This document shows, one piece after another, positions 22,151 through 30,534 of a stretch of DNA of 38,621 nucleotides (position 1 is its first letter; each line of letters opens with the position of its first letter). The notes under the pieces are model-generated. The model was not told the DNA's origin. It searched no databases and saw only the letters and a list, made by a program, of their open reading frames with translations. Position numbers and translations under genes: made by a program. The stretch comes from an uncultured Clostridiaceae bacterium (GTDB lineage Bacteria > Bacillota > Clostridia > Lachnospirales > Lachnospiraceae), in NCBI GenBank assembly GCA_947175375.1, contig CAMWMT010000001.1, positions 1-38,621 on the forward strand. The letters run 5' to 3'.

Positions 22151-23437
22151 ATGTTAGATTTAAAATTTGTCAGGGAAAATCCCGATCTTGTAAAACAGAA
22201 TATTAAAAATAAATTCCAGGATGAGAAGCTTCCGCTGGTTGATGAAGTGATTCGTCTGGATGCTGAGAGAAGAGCCGCACAGCAGGAGGCAGATCAGCTC
22301 CGCGCAGGAAGGAATAAGCTTTCCAAGCAGATCGGCGCTCTGATGGGACAAGGTAAAAAAGAAGCAGCAGAAGAAGTAAAAAAGCAGGTGGCTGCAGGTG
22401 CAGCACGTCTGGAAGAGCTTTCCGGGAAGGAAAGAGAACTGGATGAAAAAGTAACAAAGATCATGATGACGATTCCGAATATCATCGATCCGAGTGTTCC
22501 GATTGGAAAGAATGACAGCGAAAATGTGGAAGTACAGAAATATGGGGAACCAGTCGTTCCGGATTTTGATATTCCTTATCATACGGAGATCATGGAGCGT
22601 TTTAACGGAATTGATCTGGACAGTGCCCGTAAGGTGGCAGGAAATGGTTTCTATTATCTGATGGGAGATATTGCGAGACTTCATTCTGCAGTCATCTCCT
22701 ATGCAAGAGATTTTATGATCGGAAGAGGATTTACCTATTGTGTGCCGCCCTTTATGATTCGCAGCAATGTAGTGACTGGCGTCATGAGTTTCGCAGAGAT
22801 GGATGCTATGATGTACAAGATCGAAGGCGAGGACCTGTATCTGATCGGAACCAGTGAGCATTCCATGATCGGTAAATTTATTGATACGATCATTCCGGAA
22901 GAAAAGCTTCCTTATACAATGACCAGTTATTCTCCTTGTTTCCGGAAGGAAAAGGGAGCACATGGTGTGGAAGAGCGCGGTGTATACCGTATCCATCAGT
23001 TTGAGAAGCAGGAGATGATTGTAGTCTGCAAGCCGGAAGAGAGCCCCATGTGGTTTGATAAACTGTGGCAAAATACGGTGGATCTGTTCCGTTCCATGGA
23101 CATTCCGGTTCGTACTTTGGAGTGCTGTTCTGGTGATTTGGCCGATCTGAAGGTAAAATCGGTGGACGTGGAAGCATGGTCTCCAAGACAGAAGAAATAT
23201 TTTGAAGTCGGAAGCTGTTCCAACCTCGGAGATGCTCAGGCGAGAAGACTGAAGATCCGTGTGGATGGAGCTGATGGAAAATATTTTGCACATACCTTAA
23301 ATAATACAGTCGTTGCTCCGCCGCGTATGCTGATCGCATTTCTGGAGAATAATCTTCAGGCTGATGGAAGCGTTCGTATTCCGGAAGTTCTACGTCCATA
23401 TATGGGAGGCATGACTGAGTTAAGACAGGCAGAGTAA
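22151..23437 (+). CDS. serS: Serine--tRNA ligase
   Basis: MLDLKFVREN, N-terminal coiled coil, LIGTSE, FRKEKG, RIHQFEKQE, EVGSCSN, HTLNNT. Confidence 0.97.
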   Translation: MLDLKFVRENPDLVKQNIKNKFQDEKLPLVDEVIRLDAERRAAQQEADQLRAGRNKLSKQIGALMGQGKKEAAEEVKKQVAAGAARLEELSGKERELDEKVTKIMMTIPNIIDPSVPIGKNDSENVEVQKYGEPVVPDFDIPYHTEIMERFNGIDLDSARKVAGNGFYYLMGDIARLHSAVISYARDFMIGRGFTYCVPPFMIRSNVVTGVMSFAEMDAMMYKIEGEDLYLIGTSEHSMIGKFIDTIIPEEKLPYTMTSYSPCFRKEKGAHGVEERGVYRIHQFEKQEMIVVCKPEESPMWFDKLWQNTVDLFRSMDIPVRTLECCSGDLADLKVKSVDVEAWSPRQKKYFEVGSCSNLGDAQARRLKIRVDGADGKYFAHTLNNTVVAPPRMLIAFLENNLQADGSVRIPEVLRPYMGGMTELRQAE

Positions 23438-23485
23438 AAACAGCATGGTAGGTTTCCATGCAGAACTATAACAGGAGGTATCCGT

Positions 23486-24370
23486 TTGCATCGATATCTG
23501 AGAGCAGTTGGGTTCAGTAAGATTCAGAAGAGAGAAGAATATGAAAAACTGGTGCATTTCACTTCTGAATGTTATCAGACAGAAGAAACTGCTGCTACTG
23601 CGGATGGAGAAGATTTTTCTGAACGCAGAAAAGCTTTTGCAGACCAGATGGGTCTGATGGTTCGGGGCGTATATGATGATAAGGATGAGTTTCACCCAGA
23701 ATATTGTGTTCCGTATTTTATCGGAAAAGCAGAAAGATCCTATGAGGATATCATCATTGAACGGCATGCGGAAAAGGAATCCTATGCCGGGGTCTGTGAT
23801 GATATGAATTTAGGAGTTTCACTCATCTTTTATCTTCAGAATGTGACAGAATATCTGAATCAAATGCGGTATGGGAGAACAGAAAATGTATCGGCTTCTC
23901 TGGTTTTATCCGGATTGTCCGTAGAAGGCAGGATATTAATGCCGGTCTACCAGAGGATGCCAGTAGTATCTGAGATCAAGGCAAGTCAGGAACGCAGTCG
24001 GATGCTCCAAGCGGCCCGGGATGGTGATGAAGATGCGATCGAAAATCTGACACTGGAGGATATGGATACGTATTCTATGATATCTAGACGTATTCTGGAT
24101 GAAGATGTGTTCTCTATCGTGACGACTCATTTCATGCCCTGTGGTGTAGAGTGTGATCATTATAATGTCATGGGAGAGATCCTGGACGTAAAGATTCTGG
24201 AAAATAATAAGACAGAAGAAAAAATCTATGTAATGACCATTGAAGTGAATGAAATCATCCTGGATGTCTGTATCAATCAGGAGGACCTTATGGGTGAACC
24301 TTTGCCGGGAAGAAGATTTCGCGGAATTATTTGGCTTCAGGGACTTGTGCATTTTAATGAAAAGTGGTAA
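23486..24370 (+). CDS. DUF3881-like conserved hypothetical protein
   Basis: TTG start after AGGAGG; MHRYLRAVGFS, AARDGDEDAIENLT, GEPLPGRRFRGIIWLQG (family recognised from memory). Confidence 0.75.
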   Translation: MHRYLRAVGFSKIQKREEYEKLVHFTSECYQTEETAATADGEDFSERRKAFADQMGLMVRGVYDDKDEFHPEYCVPYFIGKAERSYEDIIIERHAEKESYAGVCDDMNLGVSLIFYLQNVTEYLNQMRYGRTENVSASLVLSGLSVEGRILMPVYQRMPVVSEIKASQERSRMLQAARDGDEDAIENLTLEDMDTYSMISRRILDEDVFSIVTTHFMPCGVECDHYNVMGEILDVKILENNKTEEKIYVMTIEVNEIILDVCINQEDLMGEPLPGRRFRGIIWLQGLVHFNEKW

Positions 24371-24402
24371 AATGATTCAGTCAGATGAAAGTCTGACTGT
24401 TC

Positions 24403-24474
24403 GTTCCCTTAGTTAAATGGATATAATAAGGGCCTCCTAAGCTCTAGTTGTGAGTTCGATTCTCGCAGGGAACG
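24403..24474 (+). tRNA. tRNA-Arg (anticodon CCU)
   Basis: GTTCCCT/AGGGAAC-G acceptor stem, anticodon arm AGGGC-CTCCTAA-GCTCT, T-arm GTGAG-TTCGATT-CTCGC; CCA not encoded. Confidence 0.94.
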
Positions 24475-24478
24475 TTTG

Positions 24479-24522
24479 AAAGCAGTGTTTTTCGAAAATA
24501 AAGAAGAAACACTGCTTTTTTT
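24479..24522 (+). terminator. Rho-independent terminator after tRNA-Arg
   Basis: AAAGCAGTGTTT...AAACACTGCTTT continuing into a T-tract. Confidence 0.8.
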
Positions 24523-24598
24523 ATGGAAAAATATAACATACAGGAGAACGACAGGCTACGGTTTTCCTGTACATTGAAAGCGGAACCCGTCAAAAGGG

Positions 24599-24627
24599 CT
24601 GAAAAACAAAAAAGAATATGTTATACT
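24599..24627 (+). promoter_or_regulatory. Putative extended -10 promoter of the accessory block
   Basis: CTGAAA, 17 nt, TATACT (24622-24627) preceded by TGn; AAGGAG RBS follows. Confidence 0.5.
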
Positions 24628-24664
24628 TGGCTGTAATGTAATAAGAAAAAAGGAGAACTGCGTC

Positions 24665-26353
24665 ATGAATAAAAAACTGGACATTTGTGAATGGGTATTA
24701 TCTGAAGATGTGCAGAAGTATCTGCAGGAGCAGACAAAGCTGGTGGATTCCATGTCTGTTCTGGAAAAGGCTTATATTGTGATCCATGCATTCCGTCCGG
24801 TGGAAGAAAAGGCAAAGGCGCTGGAACTTCTGCTAAAAGAGGCAAGAACGAAGAAAGAACAGGAAAAACTCCAAAAGAAAATCGATTTTTACAGGGCCGG
24901 ACTTCGCTGGATACATGATCCGGATCCAGAGAGTTTTCATTATGAACATGTGTTTTATCTGGAATATGCACAATGTGATGAAAATTCGGATACTCCGTGG
25001 GAATTTCCCGATCAGTATATTATCTATCCGTATATTACATTGAAAAGGGCGCTGATACGTGCGGCAGAGGAAGCTACCAATAACAGTAATATCATAAATT
25101 TTCAGGTTAATGTCTTCAATTGGAACTCTGAGTATGATTTCATATGGATGGATGGAATCGAACAGGCAATGAAAGATTTGCATGATATGAGAGTATGGGC
25201 AGGAAATACAAGACCGTATTGGGAACAAACGGACGAAGCCATTATCTATCTGGAGAAAAAGGACAATCAGGTCATTATAAACGATTTTACATTTGGCGAA
25301 GAATGGATGGAGAGGGAAGGCGTGGAAGATGTGGATATTCACAGTGATAAAAACAACGCTTTTCTTTTGGATGATTTATCAACTCTTTTTCCTTTTAAGA
25401 CAGGGGACCTGGTCATGCTGGACGCACCGGTCTTTCCGGAACCGATTACAGGCGTTATTTTATTTCGGGGCAGAGCTTGTGAGATTGGATTTATCTGGCG
25501 GGGAGATTTCGAGACGTATTCTATGGATATGGACATTCTTCCATATGACCGCAATGAATACCGCCCTGTGGATTGGCTTCATCGTGCCTCAGAGGCGGAT
25601 CTTTTGGCAGAGCAGAAAGTATTAGGGAGAATTGGCAGATGCATTGGCGAATTGTGGAACAGGGATAAAGAGCAGGCATGTCAGGTGTTTTATGATATTT
25701 TTGATTCCTGGAACTACAGTCCGGAGGATTTTGAGGATGGGATTCCGATACTGGACAGTATGCGGATGATTCAGAAGGAAAAAAGAGAGGCGCTTATACG
25801 TGCATACCAGGAGGAGCGTACGCACAGGACAGCGGCTGTATATTCAATGGAAATCGACGAATACGTGATAGATGAAAATATCCTGGAAGAAGTGGTCAGG
25901 CAATTTGTCCGACTTCCTGTGAAAAAAGAAAGAAAAAAATGCCGATGGATGAATCTTGAAGATTTTGGAAGTTTGCCTTCTTTCAGACAATCTGAATTTA
26001 TTTCTCATTACAGAGAAAACAGGGAAGATGAGCACTTCTCTGTTTATGATGACCTGTATGAAGATATCGGATATCTGAATCCGGAAGACCGTGTGTGGCT
26101 TACCAGTGAGGTTCAGGAAGATGGAACGGTCCGTAAGATCCTCCATGTGGAGATGGAAGACCAGAAGATCAAGCCTGTGATTCTGGATCATTATGAAATC
26201 TGCATCCGCGAAGAAGATCAGGAGGGAAGAGGCTGGCGTTTGCTTAAACCATTTCAGAAGGATATGAAGTGGATGGAAAAAGCGATGGAAATTTCCGTAT
26301 GGGAGGTCTGCCAGAATATTTGTGAGCATCTAAAAAAGCAGGAAAATTTATGA
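24665..26353 (+). CDS. Hypothetical protein, acidic and aromatic-rich, 562 aa
   Basis: Long ORF with AAGGAG RBS; no catalytic motif recognised. Confidence 0.85.
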   Translation: MNKKLDICEWVLSEDVQKYLQEQTKLVDSMSVLEKAYIVIHAFRPVEEKAKALELLLKEARTKKEQEKLQKKIDFYRAGLRWIHDPDPESFHYEHVFYLEYAQCDENSDTPWEFPDQYIIYPYITLKRALIRAAEEATNNSNIINFQVNVFNWNSEYDFIWMDGIEQAMKDLHDMRVWAGNTRPYWEQTDEAIIYLEKKDNQVIINDFTFGEEWMEREGVEDVDIHSDKNNAFLLDDLSTLFPFKTGDLVMLDAPVFPEPITGVILFRGRACEIGFIWRGDFETYSMDMDILPYDRNEYRPVDWLHRASEADLLAEQKVLGRIGRCIGELWNRDKEQACQVFYDIFDSWNYSPEDFEDGIPILDSMRMIQKEKREALIRAYQEERTHRTAAVYSMEIDEYVIDENILEEVVRQFVRLPVKKERKKCRWMNLEDFGSLPSFRQSEFISHYRENREDEHFSVYDDLYEDIGYLNPEDRVWLTSEVQEDGTVRKILHVEMEDQKIKPVILDHYEICIREEDQEGRGWRLLKPFQKDMKWMEKAMEISVWEVCQNICEHLKKQENL

Positions 26354-26410
26354 TAAATTCGCCTGAACAGATATAGATAGAATAAATAAGCAATCAGAGA
26401 AGAAAGGAAA

Positions 26411-27703
26411 ATGATGAACAAGATTACAATCTACCGTGGAAGCCATCAGATTGGAGGCTGTGTGACAGAGATCCGGACGCAGGGACATCGTATTGTGATT
26501 GACTTTGGGGAAAATCTCCCGGGTAGTAAAACAGACGGTGTCATGACAAACGAAGAGCTTCTGGATACTGTGTTTGGCGGCGATCCGTGTGACGGCGTGT
26601 TGTTTACCCATTACCATGGAGATCATATGGGAATATATAAGAAGATTCCCCGGAATATCCCGTTGTATATTGGTCCGACTGCGAAAAAGATCCTTACAAT
26701 CCTCACCGAAAAGGTGGATTTATCTACGAGAACAACAGACAAAGGGCTTCCGAGGATTCAAAGCATGCATACGTATCGTCCGGGAAGAAAGCTCCATGCT
26801 TTTGGGGATATAGAGGTGACGCCGTTTATTGTCGATCATTCTGCGCTAGATGCTTATATGTTTCTGATTGAGATCGCCGGGAAACGGATTTTGTTTACCG
26901 GGGATTTCCGCGAACACGGCATCGCCGGGAAAAACGATACTTTAGAAAAGATGGTCAAAGCATACATAGGCAGGGTCGATATCCTGATCACGGAAGGGAC
27001 GATGCTTTCTCGTTTGGGTGAAGCAAGACAGAATCCGATCCGGACAGAAGAAGATCTGGGGAAACGAGCGAGGGAACTGTTTCGGACGAATAGGGAATCC
27101 GTCATCCTGGTATCGTCCACCAATCTGGACAGCATTATGGAATATTATCATGCCCTTCCGTGGGGGATGGATTTTGTGTGCGATGCCTATCAGGCGAAAC
27201 TGATCCTGACCGCTATGGAGGATAAGGGAAAATATTATCCCAGATACAGGCCGGAGATGATTCATGGAAAGCCAAGACGTATCTATATTGTCGGAGAGAT
27301 GGAAGGACTTGGAGCCGCACAGAACTGTTATAAAGCAGATTTTTCCATCCTGAAAAACAAAGGATTTACCATGCTGGCAAGGGAGGATAATTCCAGGTTT
27401 GCAAGTATCATGGCGAAATTTCTGGACCCCCTTATCATCTATTCCAAGTGGAAAGGGTATCTGAAAGGAGAACATATGAAACCGGCAATTAAGGAATTTA
27501 TCGGCGACCATCGATGGGAGATCGTACATACCAGTGGGCATGCCTATGTGGAGACGATAAGAAAGCTTATATGTCTGACAGAACCCAAAGTTATTATCCC
27601 GATGCATACAGAGTGCGCAGATCAGTTTGACAGGATACCGGAATTTGCGCCATATAAAGACAAAATCCATGTACTGAAGGATGGAGAACCGTATTGTCTG
27701 TAA
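26411..27703 (+). CDS. Metallo-beta-lactamase-fold, beta-CASP (RNase J/CPSF-like) nuclease
   Basis: IGGC, IDFG, THYHGDH (HxHxDH), DHS, TGDFR, EGT, HTSGHA, IPMH. Confidence 0.85.
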   Translation: MMNKITIYRGSHQIGGCVTEIRTQGHRIVIDFGENLPGSKTDGVMTNEELLDTVFGGDPCDGVLFTHYHGDHMGIYKKIPRNIPLYIGPTAKKILTILTEKVDLSTRTTDKGLPRIQSMHTYRPGRKLHAFGDIEVTPFIVDHSALDAYMFLIEIAGKRILFTGDFREHGIAGKNDTLEKMVKAYIGRVDILITEGTMLSRLGEARQNPIRTEEDLGKRARELFRTNRESVILVSSTNLDSIMEYYHALPWGMDFVCDAYQAKLILTAMEDKGKYYPRYRPEMIHGKPRRIYIVGEMEGLGAAQNCYKADFSILKNKGFTMLAREDNSRFASIMAKFLDPLIIYSKWKGYLKGEHMKPAIKEFIGDHRWEIVHTSGHAYVETIRKLICLTEPKVIIPMHTECADQFDRIPEFAPYKDKIHVLKDGEPYCL

Positions 27704-27739
27704 CAGAGAAGCAGCGCCCAAAAGGTGAGGAGGGGTAGA

Positions 27740-28423
27740 ATGATCTATGCCATGTCGGATATTCATGGTTGTTATGAGAAATATGAGCAGATGCTGGATC
27801 TGATCCGATTCAGTGAGGATGATACCTTGTACATTCTTGGAGATGTGGTGGACCGGGGAACGGATGGGATACGAGTCCTGCAGCATATGCGGGAGCGGAA
27901 AAATATCGTGCCGCTTCGGGGAAATCATGACGTTCTGGCGGCTTCCCTGTTAAAGAAGATGTCGAACCCGGCGGGGCAAAACAAAGAAAAGCTGAAGGAA
28001 CTGTATCAGCTGTGGTTTCAGGACGGAGGATTGGAGACTTGTAAAGCCTTTACCGCTCTGAGCCGGGAAGCAAGGGCCGATATACTGAAGTACATGGACA
28101 TATTTTACGTCTATGAAGAGGTTGAAGTGAATGGCAGGAACTTTTTTTTGTCTCATACAGTGCCGGAAAAGACGAAGATGCTGGATTTTGATTCCTGTCG
28201 GTGGGAGGATTTTGTTCAGGGAAAACCGGAATATGAGAAGCAGTATTTTGACGACTGCTATGTGGTCACCGGGCATACCCCTACAGGTTTCATCGAAAAA
28301 AGTGCTTCAGGGAGAATCTGGAAAAAGAACCACCATATCGCCATTGACTGTGGGGCAGTGTTCGGGAATCCGTTGGGATGTCTCTGTCTGGATACCCTGG
28401 AAGAATTTTATGCAGAGGGATAG
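27740..28423 (+). CDS. Calcineurin-like metallophosphoesterase, PPP Ser/Thr phosphatase type (lambda phosphatase/PrpA-like)
   Basis: SDIHG, GDVVDRG, GNHD, LSH, GHTP, IDCG; start at the ATG at 27740 after GAGGAGG. Confidence 0.9.
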   Translation: MIYAMSDIHGCYEKYEQMLDLIRFSEDDTLYILGDVVDRGTDGIRVLQHMRERKNIVPLRGNHDVLAASLLKKMSNPAGQNKEKLKELYQLWFQDGGLETCKAFTALSREARADILKYMDIFYVYEEVEVNGRNFFLSHTVPEKTKMLDFDSCRWEDFVQGKPEYEKQYFDDCYVVTGHTPTGFIEKSASGRIWKKNHHIAIDCGAVFGNPLGCLCLDTLEEFYAEG

Positions 28424-28522
28424 ATTGACAAGTAGATAGATCATAGGAATATGAGGAGAAAACGAAAAATGGCCTGAGGCCCTGGGAGAACAGATCGGAA
28501 AAGATAAGGAGAACAAGTTGAT

Positions 28523-29563
28523 ATGAGTCAAAAAGCATATTTCGACAGTAAAGAATTAAAAAAATTTCTGGATAAAGATGTACCGATATGCAGAGAAGAA
28601 CGACAGTTTGCCCTGCTTTTATACAATGTTTTTCTGGAGAAAAAAAGGGGCAGTGCGAATGATAATGAAAATAAAATTGTGAAGAAATGCCTGTTTGAGG
28701 AGAAAGAAAATGTTGATATTGAAAAAATATGTATCATAGATGTGTATTTTGAAGCAACTTTGATGCGGGATTATTTCAATGCATGTAAAGATGATAAGGA
28801 AAAAGATGAATTTAATAAAAGATTATTGGAATTTTGTCTGGGAGATAATCAAGAAAATGTCGTAAAGAAATTGAAGGAAAAGCTTAGGTATAAAAAAGAT
28901 GACCATGAAAAAGATAAAATTTGGCAAAATCTGGGGCAATCCACTGTAAAGAAAGCCATTAATGAGGTCGCTCCTTTGATCAATCTGCAGCAAAAAGCAT
29001 GTAACGAAGTTGCTTTTTTGATTAAACTAAAGCAAAAAGCATGTCTTCAGATCGCAAGTATGATGATGAACGTAACACCGGATCTTTTAGTGATATATAA
29101 ATATGATGATAAGCTGTGTGCAAAAGCGCTGGAATGTAAATATTTATCCAATGAAGGGAGATATACAGATGTTGTAGGTTCAAAGATTCAAATGCAGTAT
29201 TTTATACAGGAATGCATTATGAAGTTTTGTTTTGGCACTTGTGAAAATAGCGAGAATATAGAAAAGCATATTCCTGAATGTCCAACGAAAGGTATATGGA
29301 AAAACAACAAAAATTTATGGAAAATATGGAAAAATTTTTGTAAAGAGGTTTATGAGAATATTTTATTGGAGCAGGAATCAGATTATAATGGATTAGAGGA
29401 TAGAATATACAACTGTGGTGTTGGTGTAATTCGTTTTGAACTTCAAGAGGATAAGAAGGAGCCGGAGTCAGAAATTCAAGATATTGAGGATGAGGAAGAA
29501 AAGGCATCAGAAATTCGGATTTCTGTAAAAGATTTGCTGGCAAACAGGTATCACAATTTATAA
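28523..29563 (+). CDS. Hypothetical protein, putative PD-(D/E)xK nuclease
   Basis: AAGGAG RBS; TPDLLVI...ALECKY pattern; visibly AT-richer than its neighbours. ORF is solid, function is inferred. Confidence 0.6.
   Translation: MSQKAYFDSKELKKFLDKDVPICREERQFALLLYNVFLEKKRGSANDNENKIVKKCLFEEKENVDIEKICIIDVYFEATLMRDYFNACKDDKEKDEFNKRLLEFCLGDNQENVVKKLKEKLRYKKDDHEKDKIWQNLGQSTVKKAINEVAPLINLQQKACNEVAFLIKLKQKACLQIASMMMNVTPDLLVIYKYDDKLCAKALECKYLSNEGRYTDVVGSKIQMQYFIQECIMKFCFGTCENSENIEKHIPECPTKGIWKNNKNLWKIWKNFCKEVYENILLEQESDYNGLEDRIYNCGVGVIRFELQEDKKEPESEIQDIEDEEEKASEIRISVKDLLANRYHNL
28961..29044 (+). repeat. Diverged in-frame 42-bp tandem duplication
   Basis: 28961-29002 and 29003-29044 encode NEVAPLINLQQKAC and NEVAFLIKLKQKAC; both end AGCAAAAAGCATGT. 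Confidence 0.85.
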
Positions 29564-29574
29564 TAAAGTTTTAT

Positions 29575-29603
29575 TTGACAGATACAGGTTTTGTCAATAT
29601 GAT
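29575..29603 (+). promoter_or_regulatory. Sigma-A promoter of yitT
   Basis: TTGACA (29575-29580), 17 nt, TATGAT (29598-29603); contains a TTGACA-N11-TGTCAA inverted repeat. Confidence 0.75.
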
Positions 29604-29622
29604 GATAGTGGAGGTAGTTTTT

Positions 29623-30498
29623 ATGTCAGACAATGTTTTGAAGCCAAAAAAATATATGAGAGAAATCTCCAGCTACGTGATACTGATGATTGGTGCGATA
29701 ATCGCCGCGTTTGCTGTTGAAGAATTTTTGGTTCCATGTACGATTTTGGATGGAGGAATCGTAGGAATCTCGATCATGATCAATAATCTGAAAGGAATCT
29801 CTCTGGGAGCAGTGACCCTGGCACTTAATATTCCATTCCTGATCGTTGGTATGCGGAAACTGGGGACTGCATTTATTGTCAAATCTGCGGTTGCCATGAC
29901 CGTATTTTCGAGTTTTCTGGAAGTATTTGCGCCGCTTACAGATGTGACACACGAATATCTGCTGGCTGTCTGTTTCGGAGGTGTATTTCTGGGAGTAGGT
30001 GTAGGACTTGTGATTCGCTCTGGTGGATGTCTCGACGGAACGGAGACAGTGGCGATTTTCATGAACAAGAAGTTTAATCTTCCGGTAGGACAGACGGTTT
30101 TGTTTATTAATGTTGTGATCTATACCGTTGCCGGTTTTCTGTTTGGATTTAACAGGGCTATGTATAGCCTGCTGACGTATTTTATTACGTCGAAAGTGAT
30201 CGATTATGTGGAAACAGGCGTGGAACAGGCAAAAGCTGCAATGATCATCACAGATGAAGGACAGATGATAGCAGATGAGATATTTAAGAAAATGGGGCGT
30301 ACTGTGACGATTCTGGAAGGAGAGGGATTAATCAGTGGAAAGAAGGCGGTTCTTTACTGTGTACTGAACCGGTTTGAAATCCATGAACTGAGGCATTTGA
30401 TCAAAGAGGTGGATGCAAGTGCCTTTATCACAGTCAGCGATGTGTCAGAGATCATTGGAAATCATATTAAGAAGAAGGCAGATGCTGATACACCTTGA
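29623..30498 (+). CDS. YitT family membrane protein (DUF161 + DUF2179)
   Basis: ILDGGIVGISI, NIPF, GGCLDGTE, RTVTILEGEG, DASAFITV; start at the ATG at 29623 after GGAGG. Confidence 0.9.
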   Translation: MSDNVLKPKKYMREISSYVILMIGAIIAAFAVEEFLVPCTILDGGIVGISIMINNLKGISLGAVTLALNIPFLIVGMRKLGTAFIVKSAVAMTVFSSFLEVFAPLTDVTHEYLLAVCFGGVFLGVGVGLVIRSGGCLDGTETVAIFMNKKFNLPVGQTVLFINVVIYTVAGFLFGFNRAMYSLLTYFITSKVIDYVETGVEQAKAAMIITDEGQMIADEIFKKMGRTVTILEGEGLISGKKAVLYCVLNRFEIHELRHLIKEVDASAFITVSDVSEIIGNHIKKKADADTP

Positions 30499-30534
30499 TA
30501 GAAATCCAGCAATATCCAGATCAAATCTGAAAAA

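Noticed and set aside
24403..29600. Prophage or ICE integrated at tRNA-Arg
   Set aside because: No integrase, phage or conjugation gene, and I found no duplicate of the tRNA 3' end at the right border.
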